DNA of 11,042 nt from assembly GCA_041640455.1 (NCBI GenBank), contig JBEQAF010000071.1:1-11042 (forward strand). The letters are read 5' to 3'. The DNA is from a bacterium. GTDB taxonomy: Bacteria > CALINM01. Under the pieces are notes generated by a model, which ran no database searches, was not told where the DNA came from, and saw only the letters and a program-made list of their open reading frames with translations. Below are positions 1-8,764 of the stretch, piece after piece; the first letter of the stretch is position 1, and each line of letters opens with the position of its first letter. The position numbers were made by a program, and so were the translations under genes.

Positions 1-141
1 GCAGCGTTACACCCCGCCAAAACAGATTACCTTTATTTTGTAGCAAGAAATGACGGGACCCATTATTTTTCAGAAAACTTGAAAAAGCATAATAAAGCGG
101 TTTTTCATTATCAGATAAAAGGGAGAAAGGGGGATTTATGA
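1..141 (+). CDS. mltG: Endolytic transglycosylase MltG (YceG family), C-terminal fragment, 5'-truncated by the window edge
   Basis: Not in the ORF track. Frame 1 reads [46 protein letters not shown], matching the MltG C-terminal pattern AAxxP...YLYFVA..DG.H.FS..L..HN.AV..YQ. The TGA at 139-141 overlaps the next ATG (ATGA). Confidence 0.9.
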   Translation, partial: AALHPAKTDYLYFVARNDGTHYFSENLKKHNKAVFHYQIKGRKGDL

Positions 142-1211
142 ACAAGTCGTCGATGAGTTTTTTTGAGAATCTGATTTCGCTACCCAGCCCATCAGGATTT
201 GAGGAGAATGCCTCCAAGCTTTTTAAAAACTACACTGAAAAGTTTTGCGATGAGGTATTTGTTGATACTATGGGTAATGTTTATGCGGAGCTAAAGTCAA
301 AAAATAAAAACTCCTATAATGTAATGATTTCCGGTCATATTGACGAGATAGGTCTTATGGTCAAGTATGTGAACGAGAAGGGGTTTATATATTTTTCTGC
401 CATCGGTGGCATAGATGTAAGACTTCTACCGGGGTTCAGGGTGTTTATCCACACAGAGAGGGGTAAGGTGAAGGGTGTGATCGGGCAGAAGCCCATTCAT
501 CTGCTGGAGGCTAACGAAAGAGAAAAGGTATCAAAGATACATGAGCTTTTTATTGATATTGGCGCAAAGAGCAAAAAAGAGGCACTAAGCCATGTAAACA
601 TAGGCGATCCGATTACCATAGACTGTGGACTTGAAAGGCTGCTTAACGGCTATCTGGTAGGACGAGGGTTTGATGACAGGATGGGCGCATTCTGTGTGGC
701 AGAAACCTTAAAGGCACTTTCAGAAGTAAAAGACAGGCTGGATGTGAATGTTTACGGAGTTGCAACTGTTCAGGAGGAGCTGGGAATAAGAGGCGCTACT
801 ATATCGGCTTACAATATTAATCCCCGGGTTGGAATAGCTATCGATGTTGGCTTTGCCACTGACTTCCCTTCAGTGGATGAAAAGATTGTGGGAGAAAGCA
901 AGCTTGAAGGCGGTCCTATTATCACCAGAGGACCCAACATAAATCCTCACATATTTGATATTCTTGTTAAAACGGCTAAGAAAAACAAAATACCCCATCA
1001 GATAGAAGGGCATCCGAGGGGAACAGGAACAGACGCCAATGTTATGCAGTTAACCAGAGGAGGTGTTGCCACAGGACTTGTATCGGTGCCTCTCAGATAT
1101 ATGCACACCCCTGTGGAGATGCTGGCGGAAAAAGATCTTGATAGTACCATTAAGCTTCTGAAAAATGCCATTCTTGAGTTAAAGGCAGATATGGATTTCA
1201 GACCTTTCTAA
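138..1211 (+). CDS. M42 family (TET/FrvX-like) metallo-aminopeptidase
   Basis: 357 aa with M42 motifs [53 protein letters not shown] and RYMHTPVE; all metal ligands appear present. Purine-rich SD-like sequence AAAGGGGGA upstream. Confidence 0.93.
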   Translation: MNKSSMSFFENLISLPSPSGFEENASKLFKNYTEKFCDEVFVDTMGNVYAELKSKNKNSYNVMISGHIDEIGLMVKYVNEKGFIYFSAIGGIDVRLLPGFRVFIHTERGKVKGVIGQKPIHLLEANEREKVSKIHELFIDIGAKSKKEALSHVNIGDPITIDCGLERLLNGYLVGRGFDDRMGAFCVAETLKALSEVKDRLDVNVYGVATVQEELGIRGATISAYNINPRVGIAIDVGFATDFPSVDEKIVGESKLEGGPIITRGPNINPHIFDILVKTAKKNKIPHQIEGHPRGTGTDANVMQLTRGGVATGLVSVPLRYMHTPVEMLAEKDLDSTIKLLKNAILELKADMDFRPF

Positions 1212-1222
1212 GGAGATACGGC

Positions 1223-2866
1223 GTGAAAAGATTTTTAAAAGATATAATTGAAAAGGAGCTGAAAAATATTCTGTCCGATTTTAATATACAGGATCTGCCA
1301 GCTTATGAAATAGAGATCCCCAGGAAAAAAGAATACGGAGACTACTCTACCAATCTGGCTCTGCTTTTGGGTAGCAGACTGAAAAAAAATCCGAGAGAGA
1401 TTGCAAAAACCCTTTCTGACAACATAAAATCTCCCTTTTTTAAAAAAATAGAGACAGCAGGTCCAGGTTTTATAAATTTTTTTCTTAATTATGATCATAT
1501 TTTGGAGTACCTGAAAGAGCTATCAATGGATTTCAAAACTTTTCTGACGCCAAAGACAGATAAAAAGGAGAAGATTCTCATTGAATATGTCAGCGCCAAT
1601 CCAACCGGACCTCTGCACGTGGGGCATGGACGTGGGGCTGCTATTGGCTCAACTCTCGCACTGATCCTGAGGGAGCTGGGACACGAGGTTTATGAAGAGT
1701 TTTATATAAACGATGCGGGCAGCCAGATAAGAAATTTAGGCGTATCCATTCTTAAAAGGGCTCAGGAAAAAAAGGGGGTTAAGACTGAGTTCTATGACGA
1801 TCTTTATATGGGCGAATATGTAAAGGAGCTGGCAGAAAAATATCTTGAGCTTTATGAATCCGTTGATGAGACAGAAGAAAATATCTTGAATGCGAGCGAA
1901 CTGGGCAAAAAGGAGGTGCTTGGCTGGATTAGAAAGGATCTTGAAGATTTTTCAGTGTTTTTCGACAGTTATGTATCTGAAAAAGAGCTTTTTGAAAAGG
2001 GTGAAGTGGACAGAACAATAGAGCAGTTAGATAAGAACGGCTATGTTTACAGAAAGGACGGAGCAAGCTGGTTCAGCTCCACATGCTTTGGAGATGACAA
2101 GGATCGGGTGCTTATCAAAGAAAATGGTGAGAAGACCTATTTTAGCTCCGATATTGCCTATCACAAGCTTAAATTTGAGAGATCCTTTGATAGGTATATA
2201 AATATCTGGGGTGCCGATCATCACGGATATGTTAAGCGCCTGCTTTCTGCAGTCAAGGCTCTGGGCTATGATGAAAGCAGGTTGAGAATACTTATGGTTC
2301 AGATGGTAAGCCTTTACCGAGCAGGCAAACAGGTTACCATGTCCAAAAGGGCTGGTGATTTTGTTACCCTCAGAGAGGTGCTTGATGAGGTGGGGAAAGA
2401 TGCAATGAGATTTATGTTTCTTACAAGAAAAAACGATAGCCCCTTAGATTTTGATATAGAGCTGGTAAAGCAGAAAAGCACTGATAATCCAGTCTTTTAT
2501 GTGCAGTATATGTATGCAAGGATTAACAGCGTCTTTAGAGTGGCTAAAGAGAAAGGGATAAATGTTGACCAGCTAAAGATTGATTTGAAAAGACTTCATC
2601 TTGATGAGGAGAAGGAGCTCATTACCCAGATACTGACCTTTCCTGACCTGATATTTGATATGGCAGAGAGATATGAGCCTCATCTCATGTCTTACTATCT
2701 TATCAATCTGGCACAGATATTTCACAGTTATTACAATGCCCACAGGTTTATTAATGAAGAGGATATGGAGCTTACTATAAGTAGAATTAGCCTTCTTAAA
2801 CTGCTCAAAGAAACGATCAAAAGAGGGCTGTTTTTGCTTAAGGTGAACGCACCGGAGCAGATGTAA
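1223..2866 (+). CDS. argS: Arginine--tRNA ligase
   Basis: 547 aa. N-terminal GDYSTN and AGPGFINF, class I HIGH motif as SANPTGPLHVGHGRGA, WGADHHGY, KMSKS-like TMSKRAG, DNPVFYVQY, C-terminal APEQM. GTG start with AAGGAG SD at 1210-1215. Confidence 0.98.
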   Translation: MKRFLKDIIEKELKNILSDFNIQDLPAYEIEIPRKKEYGDYSTNLALLLGSRLKKNPREIAKTLSDNIKSPFFKKIETAGPGFINFFLNYDHILEYLKELSMDFKTFLTPKTDKKEKILIEYVSANPTGPLHVGHGRGAAIGSTLALILRELGHEVYEEFYINDAGSQIRNLGVSILKRAQEKKGVKTEFYDDLYMGEYVKELAEKYLELYESVDETEENILNASELGKKEVLGWIRKDLEDFSVFFDSYVSEKELFEKGEVDRTIEQLDKNGYVYRKDGASWFSSTCFGDDKDRVLIKENGEKTYFSSDIAYHKLKFERSFDRYINIWGADHHGYVKRLLSAVKALGYDESRLRILMVQMVSLYRAGKQVTMSKRAGDFVTLREVLDEVGKDAMRFMFLTRKNDSPLDFDIELVKQKSTDNPVFYVQYMYARINSVFRVAKEKGINVDQLKIDLKRLHLDEEKELITQILTFPDLIFDMAERYEPHLMSYYLINLAQIFHSYYNAHRFINEEDMELTISRISLLKLLKETIKRGLFLLKVNAPEQM

Positions 2867-3342
2867 TGATTCATCTTTATATAAAAAAATCTGAGCTGGT
2901 TCTTTTTATACTATTATTAATCTCCATAGTAACAGGAGCTTTTTATCTCGGGATACAGGCTGGTACTTACTTTACACATATGGAGTCGGAATCCAAAAAC
3001 CTTCTACCGCCAGAATCTAAAGATAAAATAACAATTGTTTTCCCAAACTACTCGGGTTTTAAAAACATCTCTTCGGCTTCTAACCCGCCTTCTAATTTGT
3101 TGACCATTCCTGCTGATAAAAAACCGGAACAGAGGTCAGAAAAAAATACATTTCTTATACAGGTTGGGGCATATAAGGATATTATGAATGCAAAAAAGGA
3201 TGCCAAAAGACTGGAAGAAAAAGGGTTCCGATGGCAGATAAAGCAGGGGAAACTGAATATTCTCTATGTAATATCTGAAGGCTCGGAAGAGACTAAGGAA
3301 GAGCTAAAAAAAAGATTAAAAAAAGAGGGATTTAATATCTGA
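2866..3342 (+). CDS. SPOR-domain membrane protein (FtsN/DedD-like architecture)
   Basis: N-terminal TM helix, Ser/Pro-rich linker and C-terminal SPOR signature FLIQVGAYKD..NA.....RLEEKGF ... LKKRLKKEG. TAATG overlap with argS. argS followed by a SPOR gene is a known arrangement in Proteobacteria-like lineages. Confidence 0.82.
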   Translation: MIHLYIKKSELVLFILLLISIVTGAFYLGIQAGTYFTHMESESKNLLPPESKDKITIVFPNYSGFKNISSASNPPSNLLTIPADKKPEQRSEKNTFLIQVGAYKDIMNAKKDAKRLEEKGFRWQIKQGKLNILYVISEGSEETKEELKKRLKKEGFNI

Positions 3343-4067
3343 TGGAACTTTTTGATGAAAAAAAACTTGCGGTTCTAAGAGATGTCCGTAAGATTTTTAT
3401 CAGAATATTTATAGTCTGCGGTGCCGTGTTTTTTTTAATGCTATATTTTGTAAAAGATATACTCCAGAAACTGATATCCATCATCAACATGAAGCTCATT
3501 CTCTATTCTCTGCCAGAAGCTTTTATGAGCTATCTTAAGGTTGCCTTCTTTTTAGCCTTACTGGTAATAGTCCCGTACATAATCTTTGAAATAGCAAGAA
3601 TAGCTGGAAAATATACAGATCTTGTTAAAAACTACCTTAAACTTATTGTGATTGCAGGGACTATTCTGTTTTATGGGGGTATTTTTTTCTGCTACCGATA
3701 TGTTCTACCATCGGGGATAAACTTTCTTCTTCAGTATCAGACCGAAGACATTAAGCCTATGATATCACTTTCTTCCTACATATCCTTTGTTTTTATGTTT
3801 CTTATAGTTTTTGGCATTATGTTTGAACTGCCTCTCATTATGTTTGTGCTGGGTAGAATGAAGTTGATAGATGCAAAATTTTTAAATAGACAAAGGAGAT
3901 TTTTTATTCTTTTAAATTCTATACTATCAGCCTTACTAACTCCTACTCCGGATGTTTTTAATCTTATGCTTATGATGGTTCCCATGCAGATCCTTTATGA
4001 GATCGGAGTGGTGGTTGTCTATCTTACGGGAAGGGAAAATTTGCAAAAAAACGAAAGTAATGTATAA
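3342..4067 (+). CDS. tatC: TatC-family twin-arginine translocase subunit (divergent)
   Basis: 241 aa with about 6 hydrophobic segments. Motifs PEAFMSYLKVA, LFYGG..F.Y..VLP, ISLSSYISF, FGIMFELP, LTPTPDVF and LYEIG. TGATG overlap with the SPOR gene. Confidence 0.9.
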   Translation: MELFDEKKLAVLRDVRKIFIRIFIVCGAVFFLMLYFVKDILQKLISIINMKLILYSLPEAFMSYLKVAFFLALLVIVPYIIFEIARIAGKYTDLVKNYLKLIVIAGTILFYGGIFFCYRYVLPSGINFLLQYQTEDIKPMISLSSYISFVFMFLIVFGIMFELPLIMFVLGRMKLIDAKFLNRQRRFFILLNSILSALLTPTPDVFNLMLMMVPMQILYEIGVVVVYLTGRENLQKNESNV

Positions 4068-4068
4068 T
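4041..4068 (+). promoter_or_regulatory. Putative sigma70-type promoter for the DUF948-YtxH pair, inside the tatC 3' end
   Basis: TTGCAA (4041-4046), 16-nt spacer, TATAAT (4063-4068). AAGGAG SD at 4081-4086, ATG at 4095. Confidence 0.55.
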
Positions 4069-4094
4069 TAATTAAAAACTAAGGAGAGCCATAA

Positions 4095-4496
4095 ATGTTA
4101 GAAATTTTTGTCCTAATACAGACACTGGTGCTTATAGCCATACTGGTTATCTTTCTCCTGATCATACAGAATCTCAAGAAAGAGGGACAGGAGATGAAAG
4201 AAAAGATTGCAAAGCTGGAGAATGAGATAAAGCCTGTACTTGATGAGACAAAAAAAATATTAGCCACCATGAATGTAATCGGAAATTCCGTAAAGGACAT
4301 CTCTTTGGATGCTAAAGAGATTGTTCACAAAGTAAAAGAAGCCGCTACCACAGTGGAGAACATATTTAACAGTGCGAAAGAATCCTTTGACAAAACAAAA
4401 TCAAAGCTTTCGCTGATAAAATTAGGATTTGAAGTAGGTGCAGGTAGTTTAATATCCCATTTCTCGAAAAAATTTAAAAAGGAGGATAATTTATGA
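4095..4496 (+). CDS. DUF948 / YoxC / YtxG-like single-pass membrane coiled-coil protein
   Basis: N-terminal hydrophobic helix followed by a long heptad-like helical region (IKPVLDETKKIL...) and a Gly-containing amphipathic tail. It directly precedes a YtxH gene with an ATGA overlap, as in ytxG-ytxH. Confidence 0.68.
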   Translation: MLEIFVLIQTLVLIAILVIFLLIIQNLKKEGQEMKEKIAKLENEIKPVLDETKKILATMNVIGNSVKDISLDAKEIVHKVKEAATTVENIFNSAKESFDKTKSKLSLIKLGFEVGAGSLISHFSKKFKKEDNL

Positions 4497-4765
4497 GTTG
4501 TGAAGAAAAATCAAGTTTTGGAGCCTTCCTGATAGGGTTTATATCAGGAGCCGCTATCGGAGCTGGTATTGCTATTCTTTTTGCTCCCCAGTCAGGGAAG
4601 GAGACCAGAGAAAAGATTAAGGATTCCGCAGATGCTGTAAAGGATAAACTGGCTGACCTTGTTGATGACACAAAAGATTTTTTAGCTGAACAGAAAAGAG
4701 CCATATCTGAAGCCGTAGCAGCTGGCAAAGAGGCTATCAAAAAGGCTTACGAAGGCGAATCCTGA
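4493..4765 (+). CDS. YtxH-domain protein
   Basis: Signature FLIGFISGAAIGAGIAILFAPQSGKETREKIKD and C-terminal AVAAGKEA. AAGGAGG SD upstream. Confidence 0.92.
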   Translation: MSCEEKSSFGAFLIGFISGAAIGAGIAILFAPQSGKETREKIKDSADAVKDKLADLVDDTKDFLAEQKRAISEAVAAGKEAIKKAYEGES

Positions 4766-4791
4766 TCGGTTAACAAGGAATACAAGTTAAG

Positions 4792-4816
4792 AAAGGCAGG
4801 TTTATCCTGCCTTTTT
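4792..4816. terminator. Bidirectional rho-independent terminator
   Basis: AAAGGCAGG-TTTAT-CCTGCCTTT is a perfect 9-bp inverted repeat (4792-4800/4806-4814), with a T-run on the + strand and a shorter one on the - strand. It lies between convergent stops at 4765 and 4815. Confidence 0.85.
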
Positions 4817-5216
4817 AATCAAGAAATACAGCCTGTCTGATGTCTGAGATCTTTATAGAATATACTCCAAATCTGGATTTTCCTTTTAATCTCTGCTGAC
4901 CATTCATTACAAGCCTTATAATCTCATTGTTTTTTAATGTTATTTCGGCAGTTACCTCTTTATCTGAGAGAGGCTTTACATCTATCTTTCTGATCCTGTT
5001 AAGTTCAATTATCTGCTTACCTCTACCTGCGTTACCAGCAATATAAGCAAGCTCTGCAATGGAAGCATTTTCCAGAATTATCTTATAGCCATCCGTATCG
5101 GTTAGTTCAAGCTTTATATTATCTTTGAGTTTGGGCAGTTTGGTCTCATCATCACCAACTCCGCCCATTCCCATTAATACAGTACAGACACAGAAGAGAA
5201 CAATGAACTTTTTCAT
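4815..5216 (-). CDS. Hypothetical exported protein with two tandem beta-rich (Sm-like?) repeats
   Basis: 133 aa with signal-peptide-like N-terminus MKKFIVLFCVCTVLMGMGG. Starts 5 nt after the phoH stop, with purine-rich sequence upstream. An internal duplication is visible in the mature part. Confidence 0.75.
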   Translation of the reverse strand: MKKFIVLFCVCTVLMGMGGVGDDETKLPKLKDNIKLELTDTDGYKIILENASIAELAYIAGNAGRGKQIIELNRIRKIDVKPLSDKEVTAEITLKNNEIIRLVMNGQQRLKGKSRFGVYSIKISDIRQAVFLD

Positions 5217-5221
5217 CCTTT

Positions 5222-6202
5222 TTACCCCTCTTTATGATGATATCTTTCATAGGCTCTTATAATATCCTGAACAAGCGGATGTCTGACCACATCCTTTTCT
5301 GTAAAATATATAAACTCAATACCTTCTATATCTTTTAAAATATTCTGAACCTCCACAAGCCCTGATTTCTGCTCTTTCGGAATATCTATCTGAGTTATGT
5401 CTCCAGTAATTACTGCCTTTGAATTAAAACCAAGCCTCGTTAAAAACATTTTCATCTGTTCGGTTGTAGTGTTCTGGGCTTCGTCCATAATAACAAAGGA
5501 GTCGTTAAGTGTTCTCCCTCTCATAAATGCTATGGGGGCTATCTCAATTATCCCCTTTTCTAAAAACCTTATAACCTTGTCATAATCCAGCATGTCATAA
5601 AGGGCGTCATAAAGAGGTCTCAGATAGGGATCAACCTTCTCAGCCAGACCACCAGGCAGAAACCCGAGCTTCTCTCCTGCTTCAACTGCTGGTCTGGTAA
5701 GAATAATTCTCTGCACCCTGTGATTTAAAAGCTCCGAAACGGCAAGGGCAACTGCCAGATAGGTCTTTCCTGTACCTGCCGGGCCTATGGCAAATACCAT
5801 ATCGTTATTCTTAATGGCATCCACATATCTTTTCTGAGAAATGTTTTTGGGGGCAATAGGTTTTTTTCTTGCCGTAATAAGCACCACATCATCCAGAAGC
5901 TCCGTAACCCGCTCGTCATCAGCAAAAAGATTTTTTATCAGATACTCTATCTCAAAGAGATTAAGCTCTCTCTTCTTCTCAATGAGCCCTATCATTCTGT
6001 CAAAGAGAGACTTGGTTTTATCAATGTATGTTTCTTCACCTATAATTTTGATAACATTACCTTTATGATGAATGGTTACGGGCAGTTTTTTCTCTACATA
6101 GTTTATATATTCGTTTCTATGCCCCAGAACCTTCCTCAGTGTGTCAATATTATTTATGGTAAAGGATAGCTCTGAATCGACTCTTTTTTTTGTGCGCATC
6201 AC
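5222..6202 (-). CDS. phoH: PhoH-family ATPase (YbeZ-like, N-terminal KH-like domain)
   Basis: Walker [51 protein letters not shown], Walker [16 protein letters not shown] and DVVRHPLV. The start is either GTG at 6202 or ATG at 6199 (GTGATG), both overlapping the yjbQ stop. Confidence 0.96.
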   Translation of the reverse strand: MMRTKKRVDSELSFTINNIDTLRKVLGHRNEYINYVEKKLPVTIHHKGNVIKIIGEETYIDKTKSLFDRMIGLIEKKRELNLFEIEYLIKNLFADDERVTELLDDVVLITARKKPIAPKNISQKRYVDAIKNNDMVFAIGPAGTGKTYLAVALAVSELLNHRVQRIILTRPAVEAGEKLGFLPGGLAEKVDPYLRPLYDALYDMLDYDKVIRFLEKGIIEIAPIAFMRGRTLNDSFVIMDEAQNTTTEQMKMFLTRLGFNSKAVITGDITQIDIPKEQKSGLVEVQNILKDIEGIEFIYFTEKDVVRHPLVQDIIRAYERYHHKEG

Positions 6203-6612
6203 TCTCCCATGACCTTAATTATCAGCCTTTTAGGTCTCTGCCCGTCAAACTCAGCGTAAAATATCTCCTGCCATGGACCCAGATCCAGTTTTCCGTTGGT
6301 TACGGGAACTATTACCTGATGATGGCAGAGAATATTTTTTAGATGGGCATCGCCATTTGTTTCGCCAGTTCTGTGATGATTATAGTTTATATTAAAAGGC
6401 GCAATCTTCTCAAGCCACTCCCAGATATCCCTGTGTAAGCCTGGCTCATCATCGTTAACTATAACAGCCGCTGTAATATGCATTGCCGATACAAGCACCA
6501 TCCCCTCTTGAATTCCAGATTTTTTTACAGCCCGATCTACCTCATCGGTAATATTTACAAGCTCTCTTTTCTTACTGGTGTTGAATGTAATATACTCTGT
6601 GTAAGATTTCAT
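6199..6612 (-). CDS. yjbQ: YjbQ / UPF0047 family protein (secondary thiamine-phosphate synthase family)
   Basis: Motifs [30 protein letters not shown] and [21 protein letters not shown]. Confidence 0.93.
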   Translation of the reverse strand: MKSYTEYITFNTSKKRELVNITDEVDRAVKKSGIQEGMVLVSAMHITAAVIVNDDEPGLHRDIWEWLEKIAPFNINYNHHRTGETNGDAHLKNILCHHQVIVPVTNGKLDLGPWQEIFYAEFDGQRPKRLIIKVMGE

Positions 6613-6620
6613 TAGTTACA

Positions 6621-6649
6621 ATATTAAATTATCTCTTCCTCAAAAGCAA
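6621..6649 (-). promoter_or_regulatory. Putative sigma70 promoter directly upstream of yjbQ (leaderless or near-leaderless)
   Basis: Minus strand: TTGCTT (6649-6644), 17-nt spacer, TAATAT (6626-6621), 8 nt, ATG (6612). No SD in the usual position. Confidence 0.5.
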
Positions 6650-6657
6650 GCATAAGT

Positions 6658-7920
6658 CTAATAGGAGTAGGAAGAGGAGATAAATATGGTCCAGCTTCTA
6701 ATAGTTTCATCCTGCAGGCTATTACTACCTGATACAACCTGAGCCTTCCCTGTGCCATAGGAGAAACTGCCTCCTAAGGTAACAGAGGTGTTTCTCGTAA
6801 ATCTACTGATACTTAGTGTGCCGCCATACAGGTCTGTATCTTCAGGAATTGGAGAAAACTCAGATCTTGTAACAGGCAAAGATTCTGAGTTTGATCTATT
6901 GGTAAACAATCCAGCTCTTATAGCCCAGCTTCTTGTAATATAATATTCTGCACCGAGGGCAAGATTTATTACAGCCTTTTTATCTCCAAATATATCATCA
7001 TCTACCCTGCTAAAATAGTTTATATCAAAGGCACATAAAAAGGCGTTTGAAGGAAAATAGGCAAACCCCACACCTAAATGATAGGGATATTTTCTTTTCG
7101 AATCAGTGACTGAAAAGGTTGCTGAAGGTGTCAGATCAGGAAGATTGGTTGGAGCAGCTGAATATCCCTGCCTTGACTGGGTAAACTGATAGGTAGAGCT
7201 CGAATCAATTACAAAAATTCTTGATAAGGAAAGCCCAACAGAAAACTTGTCTGCCGGTGAAAACATAAGACCAATCACAGGTCTAATTCCCGTTTCATTG
7301 GTCTCCAGATAGTTCCCCGTCCACTCATAAGCCGCCGGCCCAGTTCTTTCTATAAATTGATTAAAAATTATCTGATTTTCCCTTCTGTGCAGATAAAGCG
7401 TAAGCCCGGTAGAAAAGGATTTTGATATCTCTTTTGCTACCGTGATTCCTATATTGTAGGTGTTATCATCGTTATTAAGGTTAATAACATACCTGTCCAC
7501 ATTGTTGTTAACATTAAAAAACACATGATCCTGATCTTCCTTTATGGAGTCAGGGACTGCATAAGAAAGCCCGAGCTTTATATCTCCAACAGGCTGGACT
7601 ATACCAAAAAAGTTCGGTATAAGCGCAGAGGACTTTCTCTTCCATCCATAACTGCCTATAACACCGTCAAACTTTTTTTCCAGATTATGATAGGCATTAA
7701 CACTTGCAGAGAGGTTTCTTCCTACCGTGTATGCCACTCCAGCAGGGTTATAATACATCCCCGCTGCGTCGTCGGATACAGCAATATAGGCTCCACCCAA
7801 TCCTGCCGCCCTATCTCCCACAATAATATTGTTGTAATGAAAATCATCGGCAAGAAGAACTCCCTTAGACCCTAATAGAATTATTAAAAATCCAAAAAAT
7901 ATTCTCAGTTTTCTCTTCAC
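6658..7920 (-). CDS. Outer-membrane beta-barrel of the FadL/OmpP1/TodX-PorV (UPF0164)-like superfamily
   Basis: 420 aa with signal peptide. N-terminal hatch-type motif GDRAAGLGGAYIAVSDDAAGMYYNPAG, many alternating amphipathic beta-strands, LALGAEYYI...AIRAGLF, and an aromatic C-terminal beta-signal-like strand WTIFISSSYSY. GTG start with AAGGAG SD overlapping the upstream stop. Confidence 0.85.
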   Translation of the reverse strand: MKRKLRIFFGFLIILLGSKGVLLADDFHYNNIIVGDRAAGLGGAYIAVSDDAAGMYYNPAGVAYTVGRNLSASVNAYHNLEKKFDGVIGSYGWKRKSSALIPNFFGIVQPVGDIKLGLSYAVPDSIKEDQDHVFFNVNNNVDRYVINLNNDDNTYNIGITVAKEISKSFSTGLTLYLHRRENQIIFNQFIERTGPAAYEWTGNYLETNETGIRPVIGLMFSPADKFSVGLSLSRIFVIDSSSTYQFTQSRQGYSAAPTNLPDLTPSATFSVTDSKRKYPYHLGVGFAYFPSNAFLCAFDINYFSRVDDDIFGDKKAVINLALGAEYYITRSWAIRAGLFTNRSNSESLPVTRSEFSPIPEDTDLYGGTLSISRFTRNTSVTLGGSFSYGTGKAQVVSGSNSLQDETIRSWTIFISSSYSY

Positions 7921-7930
7921 TCTTAGCTCC

Positions 7931-8764
7931 TTATTTTATTTTTAATCTTTCCAGGATTTTTTCAAATCTGCCAATACCGAGTGGAGATTTTATATTACCA
8001 ACCTCCTGATTAATAAATGTCTCTAATTCTGAAATTCTTCTGTCAAATACTGGATGAGTCTTCCCAACATTTGCCTTCTTTTCGTCCAGATCTTTAATTC
8101 TTCTTAAGTATCTTACTATTCCCTTAGGGTCATAACCTGTGCTTGCACAGATGATAGCACCAATCCTATCCGATTCAAGCTCGTCTTCTCTCTTGTATCC
8201 GTCCTTGAAAAGTATGTCAAGGGCTTTATCCACAGCCTGAGCAAAGGCAACCTTTGCCACATCGGTTCCACCACCAATAAACCTTGCAAAGCCTGCAACC
8301 GGGTCATCCTCCATACCTTTAATATTGAGCTCCTTAACTATATGCCGCTCGGTAATATGAGCGATCTCATGAGAAATAATACCTGCCAGCTCAGACTCAT
8401 CCTTTACATATCTTAAAGCAGCTTTTGTGATAAACACATATCCGCCTGGCGCCGAATAGGCGTTCACCTCTTCACTGTCCAGCACGGCAAAATGAAATTC
8501 AATGTCTGAGCGAGATGAGTTTCCTGCAAGAGCCTTACCTAAAAGGCTGATATATCTGTTTAACTCATTGTTGTTATATAAGGGGATTCTGCCAAGAATC
8601 CTTGCAGCTATTTCTCTGCCAAATCGCACCTCTTCATCCACATCAGAGCTGGTATATCTATTCTCCATCCTGCTGATCCGCTCTCTAAAATTTTCCTTTG
8701 AATGGCATATGGCAGAATTTAAAAGTAACAGAGCTGTAAGAGAAATGATTATCTGCCTTTTCAT
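7931..8764 (-). CDS. Exported M48-family zinc metalloprotease (BepA/LoiP-like catalytic domain, no TPR)
   Basis: Signal peptide, VNAYSAPGGYVFIT, ESELAGIISHEIAH (HExxH), YKREDELESDRIG (third ligand E), GYDP and THP...RI. Confidence 0.92.
   Translation of the reverse strand: MKRQIIISLTALLLLNSAICHSKENFRERISRMENRYTSSDVDEEVRFGREIAARILGRIPLYNNNELNRYISLLGKALAGNSSRSDIEFHFAVLDSEEVNAYSAPGGYVFITKAALRYVKDESELAGIISHEIAHITERHIVKELNIKGMEDDPVAGFARFIGGGTDVAKVAFAQAVDKALDILFKDGYKREDELESDRIGAIICASTGYDPKGIVRYLRRIKDLDEKKANVGKTHPVFDRRISELETFINQEVGNIKSPLGIGRFEKILERLKIK

Noticed and set aside
138..1211. Possible 'endoglucanase/cellulase M' annotation
   Set aside because: This is a known misannotation of M42 family members; the motifs indicate a dimetal aminopeptidase.
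1235..4740. Short minus-strand ORFs at 1235-1498, 2027-2224, 3776-3985, 4079-4300 and 4474-4740
   Set aside because: Antisense shadows of well-supported plus-strand genes, with no recognisable motifs.
4770..4790. TTAAC-N11-GTTAA inverted repeat before the terminator
   Set aside because: Only 5 bp, AT-rich and located between convergent genes; no support for function.
8690..8764. Lipoprotein signal in the M48 protease (NSAIC)
   Set aside because: It does not fit the [LVI][ASTVI][GAS]C lipobox (Ile at -1); treated as an ordinary signal peptide pending SignalP.
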